64,000 bases of DNA from Octopus vulgaris (taxonomy: Eukaryota): the NCBI GenBank assembly GCA_951406725.2, contig OX597819.1:21452001-21516000 (forward strand), in the 5' to 3' direction. Shown piece by piece: positions 1-13,422 of the stretch (position 1 is its first letter; each line of letters opens with the position of its first letter). Under the pieces are notes generated by a model, which was not told where the DNA came from, searched no databases, and saw only the letters and a program-made list of their open reading frames with translations. The position numbers and the translations under genes are program-made.

Positions 1-189
1 TTTTATAACTTTTGCTTTGCTTATACCATTTCAGTAGTTATTGATAGGAAATATTTCAGAATTGCACTTCATTTTTAAACTGTCTTCTCAGATATCAGCC
101 TGTTTATAGTTATTCTTGTCAGCATTTTAGCATGAGGTTTCATGATTACATTTCCATCTCAGTTATTAGTTTTTAATGATTTATTCTGT

Positions 190-370
190 AAAGCGGCAAA
201 GCCGTTAGCACGACGGGCGAAATGCATATTGGAATGTCGTCCGCCTTTACGTTCTGAATTCAAATTTCGTCGAGGTCGATTTTGCCTTTAATCTTTCAGG
301 GTCGACGAGATAAGTACCTTCTGAACACTGGCACCGATATAATTAACTTACCCCGCCTCCACCGAAGTCG
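190..370 (+). mobile_element. Degenerate SINE, family A (core gagttcaaattccgccgaggtcgactttgcctttcatcctttcggggtcgataaa)
   Basis: Diverged match to the better copy at 1743-1905; B-box-like 'gaattcaaatt'. Confidence 0.65.
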
Positions 371-1742
371 TGTGTATACACACTCAGAATTATTTTCATT
401 GAAGGCCGAAAGCAGTTTTTTTGTTGTGCATGTTAATTTGTATAAGTTTATTCGTTGAAATCCTACACCAGATACTTTATATTTACTAGTTGAAGATATC
501 TAGTCTTTCCTGTTTATGGTAAATAAAATGTTTCTGTAACAGCCTTTCAATGGTATATTCTAAATCAGTCCTTATTTTCCTTTCTAGTTTTACTAATGCA
601 TTTAGTTTCCTCTCGAGAATGTAACAACGAATTATTGCAATAGCTCTAATACACTCTTCCTGTCTTTTAACTTAATTTTATGTCGTAATAATATCAGGGG
701 ATTATAATCTTCATATCCTGCCCTCGGATTACGATCATTATCAATACCCTTATCACACATTATCTCAGTACATATGATAGCAAATTGGTATTGTTAAGTG
801 GTATCTTTCTGAGAGTCTGCGACTGACTCATTGTTGCAGCAATTTGAGAAACCAATAGAAGTAGAGTTTTGACCGCCACAGTCACCGAATGGTTTATTCG
901 ATTTTAATGAGCTGTATAGAAAGCGGCATCTTCCTACACGTGTAAACAGAAGCGACAGTGGAAACACACTGTAACATTAAATTGCACAAACGCTAGTATA
1001 ATAGGTTCAAACAGTTTGATACATACCAATGTTGACTATCTTTTATATTTTGCATCTTGTAAAATACTGCTTAGTAGATGCGATGTGTAGACCACGTTTT
1101 TTCCCATGTCATTGTGTACTGCTGCGTTCCTTTTGCATTGTGTAGGATGTCTGCTTAGATACCATACACAATCTAAGGGGTATATGACAATAGCCAATGA
1201 CATGCAGAATGGAATAAACTCAGGTTTAATATAGAACAGACAGTTTACATCTGTCCTGTCAGGAAGACGCCACAGTAAACAGCTGACCACGTCTGACATT
1301 TTTTGCAACTCGACAAGTGCATCAGCTGTGCAATTAGAATCGAGCAGCTCATATCAGGTATTGGCTATTCGAACCTATACGAATTCTAGCGAAGTACTTC
1401 TTTTAAATAAAACAATGCTGCCTTCTCGTAAGTCGCAAACTAAATCCATAAGATAAGGTATTATTGAAATTTGAAGGAACGATTGAACTTATTGCTAATT
1501 ATTTACAGCAACGTCAATGGCATTTGAAACCTCAACTTCGGATTCTGTTTATAAATGGGATGAATGTTTTTTTTTTTACTTATGATACATCACCGTGTCA
1601 GTAAGAGAATACGTACAAAAAAAAAACAAATACGGGAAATTCTTTACCAACCCTTCAGATGTTCCAGAATTTTTGAACACATTAAATTTGGCATTCAAAA
1701 TTTGAGCGTGAATCTGTCTCTGGTTGCTATATAAGGATGATT

Positions 1743-1905
1743 CGTTCCGAGTTCAAATTCCGCCGAGGTCGACTTTGCCTTTCATCCTTTCGGGGTCGAT
1801 AAATTAAGTACCAGTTACGCACTGGGGTCGATGTAGTCGACTTAATCCCTTTGTCTGTCCTTATTTGTCCCCTCTGTGTTTAGCCCCTTGTGGGTAGTAA
1901 AGAAA
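1743..1905 (+). mobile_element. SINE family A, 5'-truncated
   Basis: gttccgagttcaaattccgccgaggtcgactttgcctttcatcctttcggggtcgataaattaagtacc; related copies near 190, 9850, 39820, 46340, 47300 (+) and 19600 (-). Confidence 0.8.
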
Positions 1906-2808
1906 TATATATAAGGATGATTTTTGTTGACTCTCTACAAAAGAAGGTTTATTCCTCCCTAAGCTTCATTTATATTACACCTAACCAAAACAGTGAAAAT
2001 CGACAAACAACTCAACAACTGTGTTGCACTCCTTTTGCTTACTGTTTGGTTGTGTAGGTAAAAATTGATTAGTATTTCCCTTGTTCTCAATGACAAAATA
2101 TCACCACTGCCGGGACACGATACAACTTCATGAACCTCTGGTTGGTGTTCCAGTACATTATCGAAACAGCAACATCAATTTCCATACAAACAAATTTTGC
2201 AAATAATATTCTATTGCTGGATCTGTTTACCAAGAATTGGTTTGTAAACAGTCGAACAAAACTACGAACTTAAATTTCGTTTGAAATCCAACTGACGTAA
2301 TTGACATCTCCGGTTTAATATGCCTAAGAGTAACCCCGCTGAGGTTGATAAAGATCTGAATATAATTCACAACTGAGAACGGCAGTAGATTATTTCTCGT
2401 TCCAATATCACATCACGGAATGCTCTTAAACGCAACAAATCTATTAGTGAACACAATGGTTCATAATTTCCTTTTCTCTCCTAAATTCTTGACAATAATA
2501 AAACAATGTATGCTGTGTGACGTTCTACAGATATCTAATGCCTTTGGAAAGAATTGCAAGCTATTTTGATAAAATCTCGATAGTTTATTTACCAACAGAG
2601 TAAAATATTCAAAATATATTATATATCTGAGAGACCAAGTTTTAAAATTAGACTGATATCAGCATATAACTCATGAGTTCACAACTTCGGCAGACATTCG
2701 GTTGTTTCTATGGGATAGAACATAATAATCTACAAAGTTTATTTCAGCTGTCGGTGAATAAATTTGTCACAGATCAGCTACCCATTGGAACATTCTATAA
2801 CTTGGATT

Positions 2809-2810
<2 letters not shown>

Positions 2811-2847
<37 letters not shown>

Positions 2848-2861
2848 TCTCTTTTGTATAC

Positions 2862-2936
<75 letters not shown>
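2811..2936. repeat. (TA)n microsatellite
   Basis: Directly visible. Confidence 0.98.
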
Positions 2937-2939
<3 letters not shown>

Positions 2940-3127
2940 AGAGTTTACAAAAAAAAACCCAAAAGACGAAAACAGGTGGTTTACAAAACAAACACATGTA
3001 TTAGTATAACGCTCAGGCAAAGAAAAAGTATTTTACGTTTCGAGCCTACGCTCTTCTACAGAAAGGGACACAGAAAAAACAAGGAGAGAGAAAAAAAAGA
3101 AGCTCGAATGCCATATGGTGGTATATG

Positions 3128-3128
<1 letters not shown>
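2940..3128 (-). mobile_element. Short TA-embedded repeat with a minimal HHR-like motif (PLE pLTR-like)
   Basis: Minus strand 3064-3031 reads ttt CTGTAGA A GAGC gtag GCTC GAAA CG TA aaa. (TA)n on both sides; a diverged relative lies near 32940-33000. Confidence 0.55.
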
Positions 3129-3176
<48 letters not shown>

Positions 3177-3855
3177 AGGATATCTTCTTCCCGTTTGCAT
3201 GTAATTTGGGTAGGGTGAGGGTCGAAGGGAGACGGTTGGAGATGGGATAAAATACGGGATGTAAATAGCATGTAGAGGAATATAGGAGCTTTCTTGTATG
3301 CTGAGAACCTCGTATCACAGTTGACTCCGTTGCCATCTTAAACATCCATGTTAAACATCCGTGAACTAATCCATTCTACATGCAATCAACGGATATGAAT
3401 CTGACGACTTCTTCAAATGGTTTTATAAAGTGATTCTTTATAGTTTTCCTTTTCTTCAGAGGCGGTTTTTCTCTTAGAACCATCTCGATATTTCGCTTTG
3501 GAGAGTACCAGTAATTCTCAGTAACCGAGTTTTGATCTTCTTCCTTCTAGAATTAGTCTCCCGGTTCCAAGTGAAAGCAAGATAATGAAGGAGCAAAAGG
3601 GACACAGGAGGCGAGAATGGGAAAGGGAGAGACGGAAAGTAATCTAAAGGAATGCATAGATGAGGAAGGGATGTATAAATGACAGCACTTAGAAGGGTTG
3701 CGGAATGGTGTGAGGAGCGCGCTAATTTTTTTGCCCCTCCGTCCTCCTCTTTATTTAACACTTCTCCATTCCTTAAACATCTCTCCCTACATTTGTCACG
3801 TTACATGCCTCTCTCTCTCTCACTCGTTTTCTTCTTTTCTCCCTCTCGTTCTCTA

Positions 3856-4244
3856 TCTTTATATATAAAAGTGAGGTTGTGTGTTGTCTGTCTCCTACGA
3901 TTTAGATTCCTAACTACTCCCACATTTTGCGGTGCAGTTTAACCAAAACCGGGTATCTTATAGTCGTGATTCATATCGAGCCCTTCTGGGTATTAGCGCG
4001 CATCTACGATGAGTCTACGATTTAAAAAAAAATTACCATCAATTTTTCCCATTTTTAATGCATTTTTGGCATATATAAGGGAAGTAACTCTTATTATTTA
4101 TTAAATCTCAGAACGTAAAAAGCTGCAGTAACACACCCCCTTGTGGTTAGCCATATTGAGATGGCTATTATACTTTACATCTTTAAAAATGCTTATATAG
4201 GTATTTCCCTTACAAACCCGAGCAACGCCGGGCGATACTGCTGG
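3856..4244 (+). mobile_element. Non-autonomous Helitron-like element
   Basis: 5' end a|TCTTTATATATAAAAG; 3' subterminal hairpin cccgagcaacgccggg (4217-4232) followed by CTGG (fits CTRR); no TSD seen. Confidence 0.7.
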
Positions 4245-4984
4245 GTTATGATAAAAATATTTGCCACCAAATATAACGCGTACCTACGAGCATACTTATC
4301 AAATCCCTCCGCAAACTGGATTCTTACCCGTCCACCTCACATCCCGAACTCCTTTCCTCTGCTTTTCCGAAGATCTTCACCCTTACCCCATTCACACAAC
4401 TACATTCAAGTGCATAGAAGACCCTCTGCAAATTAACCTGGCCCACAACGTGCAAATGGCAGTTCACAGGGTAACATAAGGGACATAACTGTGGAAGACT
4501 ACCCCTGGACTGGCATTTTAGTTTCGGTACAGATTGCAACTTTTGTTCTGGTTCATATAGAAACCAAAGAGATTGTGTCTTGTTAACCGGATATTTTATA
4601 TCGAACATTCACGGCGAACGAATCCACGTCTTGTATTTCCTGCCGGCCATGACGAATGATATAATTAATCTTTCCTTGTACGAGAGTTTAATTAATTATA
4701 AAACCTCGAATACTATATGGCGGTATATGGAACTTAATGTATAATACAGCTTCAATAATGCACAAATCCTATTTCCGTATACTCAGGGTGCATCGGACAG
4801 TTATATAACCACATGTATGTATATATATATATATATATATACATACACATCTCTATTATATATATATATATATATATATTAATAGAGATGTATAAATTAC
4901 ATACTCCATACACACCCCACAAGTGTGTGTGTATAAGTATATATTCTGTTTCTATGCTTGTGATGCGTATATATATATATATGG

Positions 4985-5118
4985 GAGAGAGAGAGAGAGA
5001 GAGAAGAAGAAGAAGAAGAAGAAGAAGAAGAAGAAGAAGAAGAAGAAGAAGGAGAAGGAGAAGAAGAAGAAGAAGAAGAAGAAGAAGAAGAAGAAGAAGA
5101 AGAAGAAGAAGAAGAAGA
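4985..5118. repeat. (GA)n + (GAA)n microsatellite
   Basis: Directly visible; source of the poly-R/K/S/L ORFs. Confidence 0.98.
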
Positions 5119-6105
5119 ATCAGCAAATGGGTGTAAAATGTGCCTGTGGTAGTATGTTTGTGGTGGATGGATTGTGTAGCGGACTAGATTATGATTGTAC
5201 TGAGGGTTTTTATATTGTCTATGGTTCACGTGATTTGGGTTAAATTTATTTTTAATATTGTAATGTGGGTGGAGGGAGAAGTTATGTTGTCTACTTACGG
5301 TGTGTCTGGTTAGATGCTAGAAGTAACCATATTGAGGGTTATGTCTCGGAGGTAAATGTTTCCATTGACTGTGAGATGATGGCGGTAGATTGGTAGGTAT
5401 TGGTTCCCAAAAGCTTAGGTTAGTCTGGAGGTTTCGATGGAACCTTTGATTTGTATGTAGGATGCCTTGAGGATTACGTCCAGATTTTCTCTTGTGGGCT
5501 GAATTCCTGATTGTTGTTTGAAAGTTATTTTGGGGAATAAGAGAGGTTGGGTCGGTGCAGTTGTGACCTCTAGATTGTCTGTGGTTTGTGTTAGATGAAT
5601 GTGGGGTCATTTCTGTGTTGGCTTTTGGTTTATTTTTCTTCAGGAAAGGGTTATCCGATGCGTTTTCTATATTGAACTGTGTTCCATAGTTTATAAAGAA
5701 ATTGGCTTGACTTTCCCAGCGTTGTACATATATATATATATATATATACATATAACTATATAAGTGCATGTGAGTATGTGCGCACGTACAAGAGCTTTAC
5801 GTGCATTCGTTCATCTATATGTCTTTCAATGTTTGTGAATATGTGTGTTTTATGTGTATACATGTTTGTGTTTGGTCAGAATATAAATGTATGACAGCTT
5901 TCATAAATAACGATTCGTATGACTTATTATCCCAAACAGACAACGTTTAACATAAATACTCAGCCCATGAAACATTCTATTCTCATCTTTCTTTCATATC
6001 AAACTCACGTAGCGTCCTTATTCAAGAGAAAATAATTTCTTAGTGAATACATGTTTACATACACACATTCAAACAGACACGTGTGTGTGTGTGTGCATTA
6101 TCAGG

Positions 6106-6161
<56 letters not shown>

Positions 6162-6371
6162 CATATACATGTGCATTTGAATATGTGTGTGTGTCTATAA
6201 TAAGGCTATATACAATTTATACATGTGAATACAAACATATATATACATGTGTATCGACGAGAATATGCGTGTGTATCTCTATTATAAGGATATACACATA
6301 TGTGTGACTTTGTGTATGTGTGCATATGTGTGTTTGTGTGTATACTGAAGCGGTTAAGCTTCTATGTGTTT

Positions 6372-6535
6372 TAGGTGTGGCTGTGTGGTACGAAGCTTGA
6401 TTCTCATCCACATGGTTCCGGGTTCGGTCCAACTGGTTCGCACCTTGGACAAGTGTTTTGCACTATAGCTCCGGACCGACCAAGGCTTTGTGAATAGATT
6501 TGATTGACGGAAACCGAAAGAAGTCTGTCATGTAT
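6372..6535 (+). mobile_element. SINE family B, 5' half
   Basis: ggtgtggctgtgtggtacgaagcttg...catggttccgggttcggtcc; matches the copy at 40452-40861. Confidence 0.8.
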
Positions 6536-6791
6536 GTATATATATATATATATATATATACAACTTATAAACAAGGCCCAAAGAAAAAAAAAATTCTAAT
6601 GCCAAATATGCCGAAACTAGACACATCGTCCATAACCATATAATTCATCACAATAAGCACGTGTCTCGAAGAAAGTCGACAGAAATTTCTAAAAAATTCC
6701 GTTATTACCATATGGGACCCGATTTCAGAGTTAATTCATAAGAACCTTCTCTTCGTCAGTGATAAATGAGGCAACCGATTAATACTTTTAC

Positions 6792-6839
6792 CTGCATCAA
6801 CTTCCAGTTCAGCAGACTCCTTTCCTTGCATAGCCTTTC
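6792..6839 (-). other. Candidate 48-nt spliced exon of unknown transcript
   Basis: Minus strand: ttttattaacgtctccgtAG|GAAAGG...GATGCAG|GTaaaag. Length is divisible by 3 and two frames are open. No homology recognised. Confidence 0.25.
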
Positions 6840-7459
6840 CTACGGAGACGTTAATAAAAATGGCAATGTCACACCAGCGCCATATAACTGATGTGCACGA
6901 ATATAAGCATGTATATAATATATACACACGTACGTAGCTGCGCATGTGCAAATACAAACTCGACCCATGCGTAATTGATATACGCAGGTTCTTTCCGATA
7001 TAACACACACTTCATTTTAATGGCTTCGAGGAAGCAATAGGATATTTCACAAGCTTCAGCTCTAACAGCACTACTACCGTAGCAGAAACAACTGCAAGCC
7101 AATTAAGGTAATCACGTGATCCTGTTCTCTTGCCCTCAGCAATTAAGGCACACTCTATAACGCGTGCGCGTGTCTTTATTTATTTCATTTTCTGTATCAG
7201 AATGTTGCGGAAGTAACTTTTGTTTATATGGGAATAAACTTTTATTTATCTATTTTCGTGTAATATAGCATTTGATGTATGCAAATAATATTGCTTGCAC
7301 TGTTTATGTTTGCTTGCATTCTCTCCTTTAAAAAATGGAATAAACAAAGTTATTTTGCACGACTCTATTCCCTAAGTTCAAAATGACACACATTTTAACG
7401 GATTAATGCTCACTTGGACTTAACAAGCGAACATGTTCGAACACTCTGTTTAATAATCT

Positions 7460-7853
7460 CTTTATCTCTATTACTTATTTCAGTCATCTGACTGCGGCCA
7501 TGCTGGAACACCGCCATTTAGTCGAGCAAATCGACCCCGGGATCCACTCCTTGTAAGCCCAGTACTTATTCTATCGGTCTCTTTTGCCGAACCGCTAAGT
7601 GACGGGGACGTAAACACACCAGCATCAGTTGTCAAGCAATGCTAGGGAGACAAACACAGATACAAAGACACACACACGCACACATACATATATACGACAG
7701 GCTTCTTTCAGTTTCCATCTACCAAATCAACTCACAAGGCATTGGTCGGCCCGGGGCTATAGCAGAAGACACTTGCCAAGATGCCACGCAGTGGGACTGA
7801 ACCCGGAACCATGTGGTTGGTTAGCAAGCTACTTACCACACAGCCACTCCTGC
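7460..7853 (-). mobile_element. SINE family B, near full-length
   Basis: Reverse complement of the 40452-40861 element, including the internal CA tract. Confidence 0.9.
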
Positions 7854-8049
7854 ACCTAGTATTTCGAAACATTTCTTATTAAGTGCGGGAGCCTTGAATA
7901 AAAAGTAATTACTGGAGGTCCTTTTGCGTTTGGCAATGTTTAAGCATTTTCCCATTTATTAAGCAGATCCACCAGAGACAGAGTGTGAGGCCGTAACTGA
8001 TCTATTGTTTCAACTCCTCGTCTATTGAATGTCTTAACCATTCGCTTAG

Positions 8050-8500
8050 CTTTTGCTTATTTCAGTCATGGGATTGCGGCCATGCTGGGGCAACTCATTG
8101 AAGTACTTTACTTGAACTTTTTAAAATTAGTTACTTATTTTATAGTCTATCTATTAATTTTACATCTAAGATGCGGTAAAGTAATCAGTGTGTGGGGGCT
8201 AACACAGATCAAAAGACACAGACTCTCTCTCTTTCTCTCTCTCTCCCTCTGTCTGTCTCTCTCTCCCTCTGTCTCTGTTTCCCTCTGTCTGTTTCTCCTT
8301 CTCACTCACACGCACACACACAAACACATACATAACAGGCGTCCATGCAGTTCTCAGTTTCCGTCTACCAAATTAACTATCAAAGAATTGGTCGCCTTGA
8401 GGCATTAGTAGAAGACATTTGCTCAGGTTCTGCGCAGTGGAATTCTATCCATAAACACATGATCGCCAAGTGAGCTTCTCAAACACACAACCGTACCTGC
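8050..8500 (-). mobile_element. SINE family B, degenerate
   Basis: Blocks cagtttccgtctaccaaatt, agaagacatttgctcaggt and tgcggccatgctgggg. Confidence 0.7.
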
Positions 8501-8519
8501 ACTTTCATACATCTTACAT

Positions 8520-9110
8520 CGCGTTTCCGTTTTTCACAAGTTTGATTCATTTCTTGGTATAAGAGAAGCGACAACATTCCGCGAAGTGGCTGAACCAAAA
8601 TTAAAGAGCAAAATGCCTTGGCAAACCGATGCAGCATGAAAAGGCAGCTATGGTGTAAAAGTGGAACTAGGCATTAGTATTTATTTAACCCTGAAACGAT
8701 CTCAGAAGAGATGCGTTACCTTTAAATCGAGAAACTGCAAAAGTGACTGCAACACAACGTCCAGCATTGGTCAGTTGTAAAGAACTATTTCTTCTACTTA
8801 AAGCTACTCGGCATTGTGTGACATTAAGAGGGAATCAAATTCATTCAAACTGAATGGAGCCACGAACTTCTAATCCAGATGGCTTACAGTTCGGTAACCT
8901 CAGCCCAAATACCACTTTTTGCAGTATCCTCGAAACTTCCTACAAAATACGGGTGCAAAACAATCGAAAAAGAGCAGAAACCCTTTCGAAGAATTCACTG
9001 ACCGAGAACGAGAAGTTTCGTTGAGCAGAATCAATAGATATGTTACATGTTGGGAAAATCGCATGCAAGTCGAAGAATACATTTCCCCCGGGGATGAGAT
9101 GAATCGTTTT
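8520..9110 (+). mobile_element. Mariner (Hsmar1-like) transposase fossil, C-terminal half
   Basis: Frameshifted peptides RQHSAKWLNQ, RPALVSCKEL, YHFLQYPRNFLQN and PFEEFTDREREVSLSRINRYVTCWEN align in order with mariner RRSAQWLD, PALVNRKG, DYHFFKHLDNFLQG and FQEF...GINKLISRWQK. Confidence 0.65.
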
Positions 9111-9849
9111 AAATTTGAATCGAAATTACTTTTGTCCCAGATAGATGTATGTGTGTAGATGTTAAATTGGAAGTTAAAGGGAGAGATATATAAGTGCGTG
9201 CATGCGTGCGCGTGTGAGTGTTTGTGTATGCGTGTGTCTGTGTATGTATGTGTAAACTGAAACTTTCGCAAAATGACAGAATTGGCAGGAAACTGACAGA
9301 ATTCAGGACGACGAGTAACCTATATGTCTAATGTTGGTCATTCGTAAAGAATGAAATCTCTCTGAGACAACTTCAGCCCCAACAAGTCTCTCAAATAGTT
9401 TTGCCGAATATGAAGAAACTGAACTACGAAATTTTACAGTATTGAGCTACGAACAGTTTATATGTAAGCTTTTATTACCCAGCCGGAGTTCTTGAATTTA
9501 TCTTCACCGAATATCTGCATGAGGTCAATGTTGAAAACAAAAATATCTTTTTTCTCTTTGCCATACTATATATGCAGTTATTCATCCATTAAATTTTAAG
9601 GACTTCTCGCTTTAGATATTCCTTTGATACTAATCTAACTTCACTCTTACTTTTTCTCTCATGATGAGTCTTGACACATGATTGAGTCAGAATGTATATT
9701 TTGAGAGCTGAATTTGTAAAATTCATTCATCAATGGTCTAGAGTTAACATCTTTCTTCATATATTAATTTAAAAAAACTAGCTGGACCCATGCAAAATTC
9801 ACGGAAAATACAAAAAATATAAGCATCTGTAAATAGTGTAGTGGTGCCT

Positions 9850-10015
9850 TGAGAAATGTTTTAAAATAGTATGACCGTCTGTCTTTACGTTCTGAGTTCA
9901 AATTCTGCCGAGAACGACTTAGTCTTTCGTCCTTTCGGGTCAATAAATTAAGTATCAGTTGTGTACTGGGGTCGATCTAATCAACTGGACCCCTCCCCAC
10001 AAAAACTTCAAACCC
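9850..10015 (+). mobile_element. SINE family A
   Basis: ttacgttctgagttcaaattctgccgagaacgacttagtctttcgtcctttcgggtcaataaattaagtatcag. Confidence 0.75.
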
Positions 10016-10759
10016 AGAAAAGTAAATTGTGACAGTTACAGAATATAGAAAGCAATGACTATATAATCCAACCAAAATATCTGTTACACAAACGTAAATG
10101 GAATTACTATTTAACATTAAACTAATCGTACATATTCAAAGAACCTTAATGTACAAATTAGAATGCGAAAGAACGAAATGATAAATGTATGTATGTGCAT
10201 GCGTGAAAGCTTCATTGTATCCATATGTATGTGTCTTTGTGTGTCTCTTGATAAGCAGAGGCGGGTTTTGGACAAATGACCCTAGGTCAGGACTATAAGT
10301 AGACACACGTTTCCCAGTTATGACTGCAAGCTTAATACAGCCAAGAGCAGTAAGATTACTGATTTTCCTCTTTCGCGATATGGATTTTGAGAATATGAGA
10401 CTGAAGTTGTAGTTTTCAAAGCGAAAGATTGTTGAGGACTGTGCAAGTGGGAATGTGTGTATGTGGATGAGTTTGCGTTTGGTGAAATGCAATGAATAAT
10501 GCTATTTTAGAGAATTGAAATCTTTATAACTTATTGCAAAGTAAAACAGTAGGGTCTGAATCTTCGTGCGCATACTGGAAGGGTAGTAAACGATTAGTGG
10601 AGAAGAGAAAAGAAAATGATAATTTAAATGATAACAAGATAGATATTCAAAAGTTGTTATATATGTGTGAACCAATTCACGATTACACAATTCACTTGTT
10701 TAGGTATCTGTAAGCATAGAAATGCGTAACCAACTCCATCCAAACACAATTACTGGCTC

Positions 10760-11075
10760 TCCGTCGGTTACGACGACGTGGGTTCCAGTTGATCCGATCA
10801 ACGGAACAGCCTGCTCGTGATATTAACTTACAAGTGGTTGAGCACTCCAAAGACACGTGTACCCTTAACGGAGTTCTCAGGGAGATTCAGCGTGACACAG
10901 AGTGTGACACGGCTGGCCCTTTGAAAAACAGGCACCACTCATTTTTGCCAGCTGAGTGGACTGGAGCAACGTGGAAATAAAGTGTCTTGCTCAAGGATAG
11001 AACGCCTCACCAAGAATTGAACTCACGACCTTACGATTGTAAGACGAATATGTAACCACTAAGCCAAGGTCCGTC
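10760..11075 (-). mobile_element. tRNA-derived SINE sharing its 3' half with the OR-like SINE but with a different central body
   Basis: 10760-10930 matches 35830-36000; it then continues gagtggactggagcaacgtggaaataaagtgtcttgctcaagga and a degenerate tRNA-like head. Confidence 0.8.
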
Positions 11076-11334
11076 ACATAATACATTCATAGAATATATC
11101 CAGTTACCCCCCCCCACACACACACACACAAGTGTACATATACAGACAAGTGACTTGTCTCTGAATAATAGTGGTTGTGGTGGTGGTGGTGATGGTGGTT
11201 GTCGTAGTAGTGTTATTGTTTGTGTGTTTGTGCTGGTGGATTTGTTCTCGTAGTAGTGATGGTAGCAGCATTGGTTCTGTTAATGTTGTTGGTGTTGGTG
11301 TTGGTGTTGAGTAGGGTGGTGTTTACAGCAGTGG

Positions 11335-11381
11335 CTTTCGCGCTTGTATTGGTTGTGATGGTGGTAGCATGGCTTATGATT

Positions 11382-11444
<63 letters not shown>

Positions 11445-11643
11445 ATAGTGGAGGTAGTAGTAGTAGTAGTAGTAGTGGTAGTGGTGCTCATCGTCGTCGA
11501 GATGTCAATGCTGGCTTTATGTTGTTGTTGGTAGTTTTAATAGTATTGGATGAAATGATGGTGGTAGAGTTGATGGTTTCGGTAGTGCTGCTTTCGCGCT
11601 TGTATTGGTTGTGAAGGTGGTTGCATGGCTTATGATTATAGCT

Positions 11644-11703
<60 letters not shown>

Positions 11704-11815
11704 ATAGTAGTGGTCGTCGTCGTCGTCGTCATGATGTCAATGCTGGCTTTATGTTGTTATTGGTAGTTTTAATAGTATTGGATGAAATGATGGTGGTAGA
11801 GTTGATGGTTTTCGG
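11335..11815. repeat. Two-copy tandem duplication (~250 bp unit) containing (GTA)n
   Basis: ctttcgcgcttgtattggttgtga...gatgtcaatgctggctttatgttg...gagttgatggttt occurs at ~11335 and ~11591. Confidence 0.9.
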
Positions 11816-12112
11816 TGGTGCTGTTGCTGGTGGCAGTGAAGGCGGTGTTATTGTTTTATTCTATATTTGCACTGAAACCTAAAGTTACAAACATCAATTT
11901 GTGATCAAATGCTGATTCCTGCTGCACACTTTGCTGCTTTCCATTAATGTTTTTGCGATAAAAATTCCCCAGCGCTTGCAAAATCGCTGCTCTTTCTCTC
12001 TTCGCCCTGTCACTCTCCGTTGCTCCCTATCTCTCTCTCCCTCCTTCCCTCCCTTCCCCTCGACCTCACTCTATAAATTTCTCTCTTCCATCTCACACGC
12101 AATTTCCCTACA

Positions 12113-12148
<36 letters not shown>

Positions 12149-12302
12149 GATAGAAACAACAACAACAATTACTCTATTTTATTGTATTATAGTTTTAGTC
12201 ATCGTAATGTCATGAAATAATGAGTTGGTGGTGGTGGTGGTGGTGGTGTTACACGTGTGTGAGAAGCGCGCATACATACACGCACACACACTCAGATATA
12301 GG

Positions 12303-12460
<158 letters not shown>

Positions 12461-12679
12461 CAGACAAACCGTTAGAGAGAAATATATATATATATATATA
12501 TGTGTGTATGTGTGTGTCTACTCTCACACACACACATTTATACATACAGGCATGCGTTTGTTTGCATGTGTGATGTGAATGGATAAGGAGTGCACAACTT
12601 AAATGAATACAATCCAACGCATATATGTGTGTAAGTGTGTGTATATATATATACGTGTGATTGTATTCATTGTATGCAC

Positions 12680-13115
<436 letters not shown>

Positions 13116-13376
13116 AGGGAGAGAGAGAGAGAAGGATGGAGAGTCAGATAGAAAGAGAGAGAGAGTGCCTCATAATGTAAGTCTAAGTTTTCTCTTCACG
13201 TTCTTTGACTTACGAAACAAAATATGATAAATCGATCAAGTAAAAAAAAAAAAAAGAGCTGGACTTGAGTCTTCATTATTTTTACTTACCGTAGTTGTAG
13301 CGAGGGTGTAGTGGGAGGAGTGAGGGTGGCTTCGGAAGGAGTGTGTGTGTGCGCGCGCGTGTGATAGAGAAAAAAG

Positions 13377-13422
<46 letters not shown>

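Noticed and set aside
1036-1308. 90-aa minus-strand ORF as a gene
   Set aside because: Non-ATG start and no recognisable domain; kept only as a weak exon candidate.
2750-2795. Very degenerate HHR-like motifs (also near 32330-32380 and 34225-34240)
   Set aside because: GAAA and partial stems are present, but the CUGANGA core is too decayed to call.
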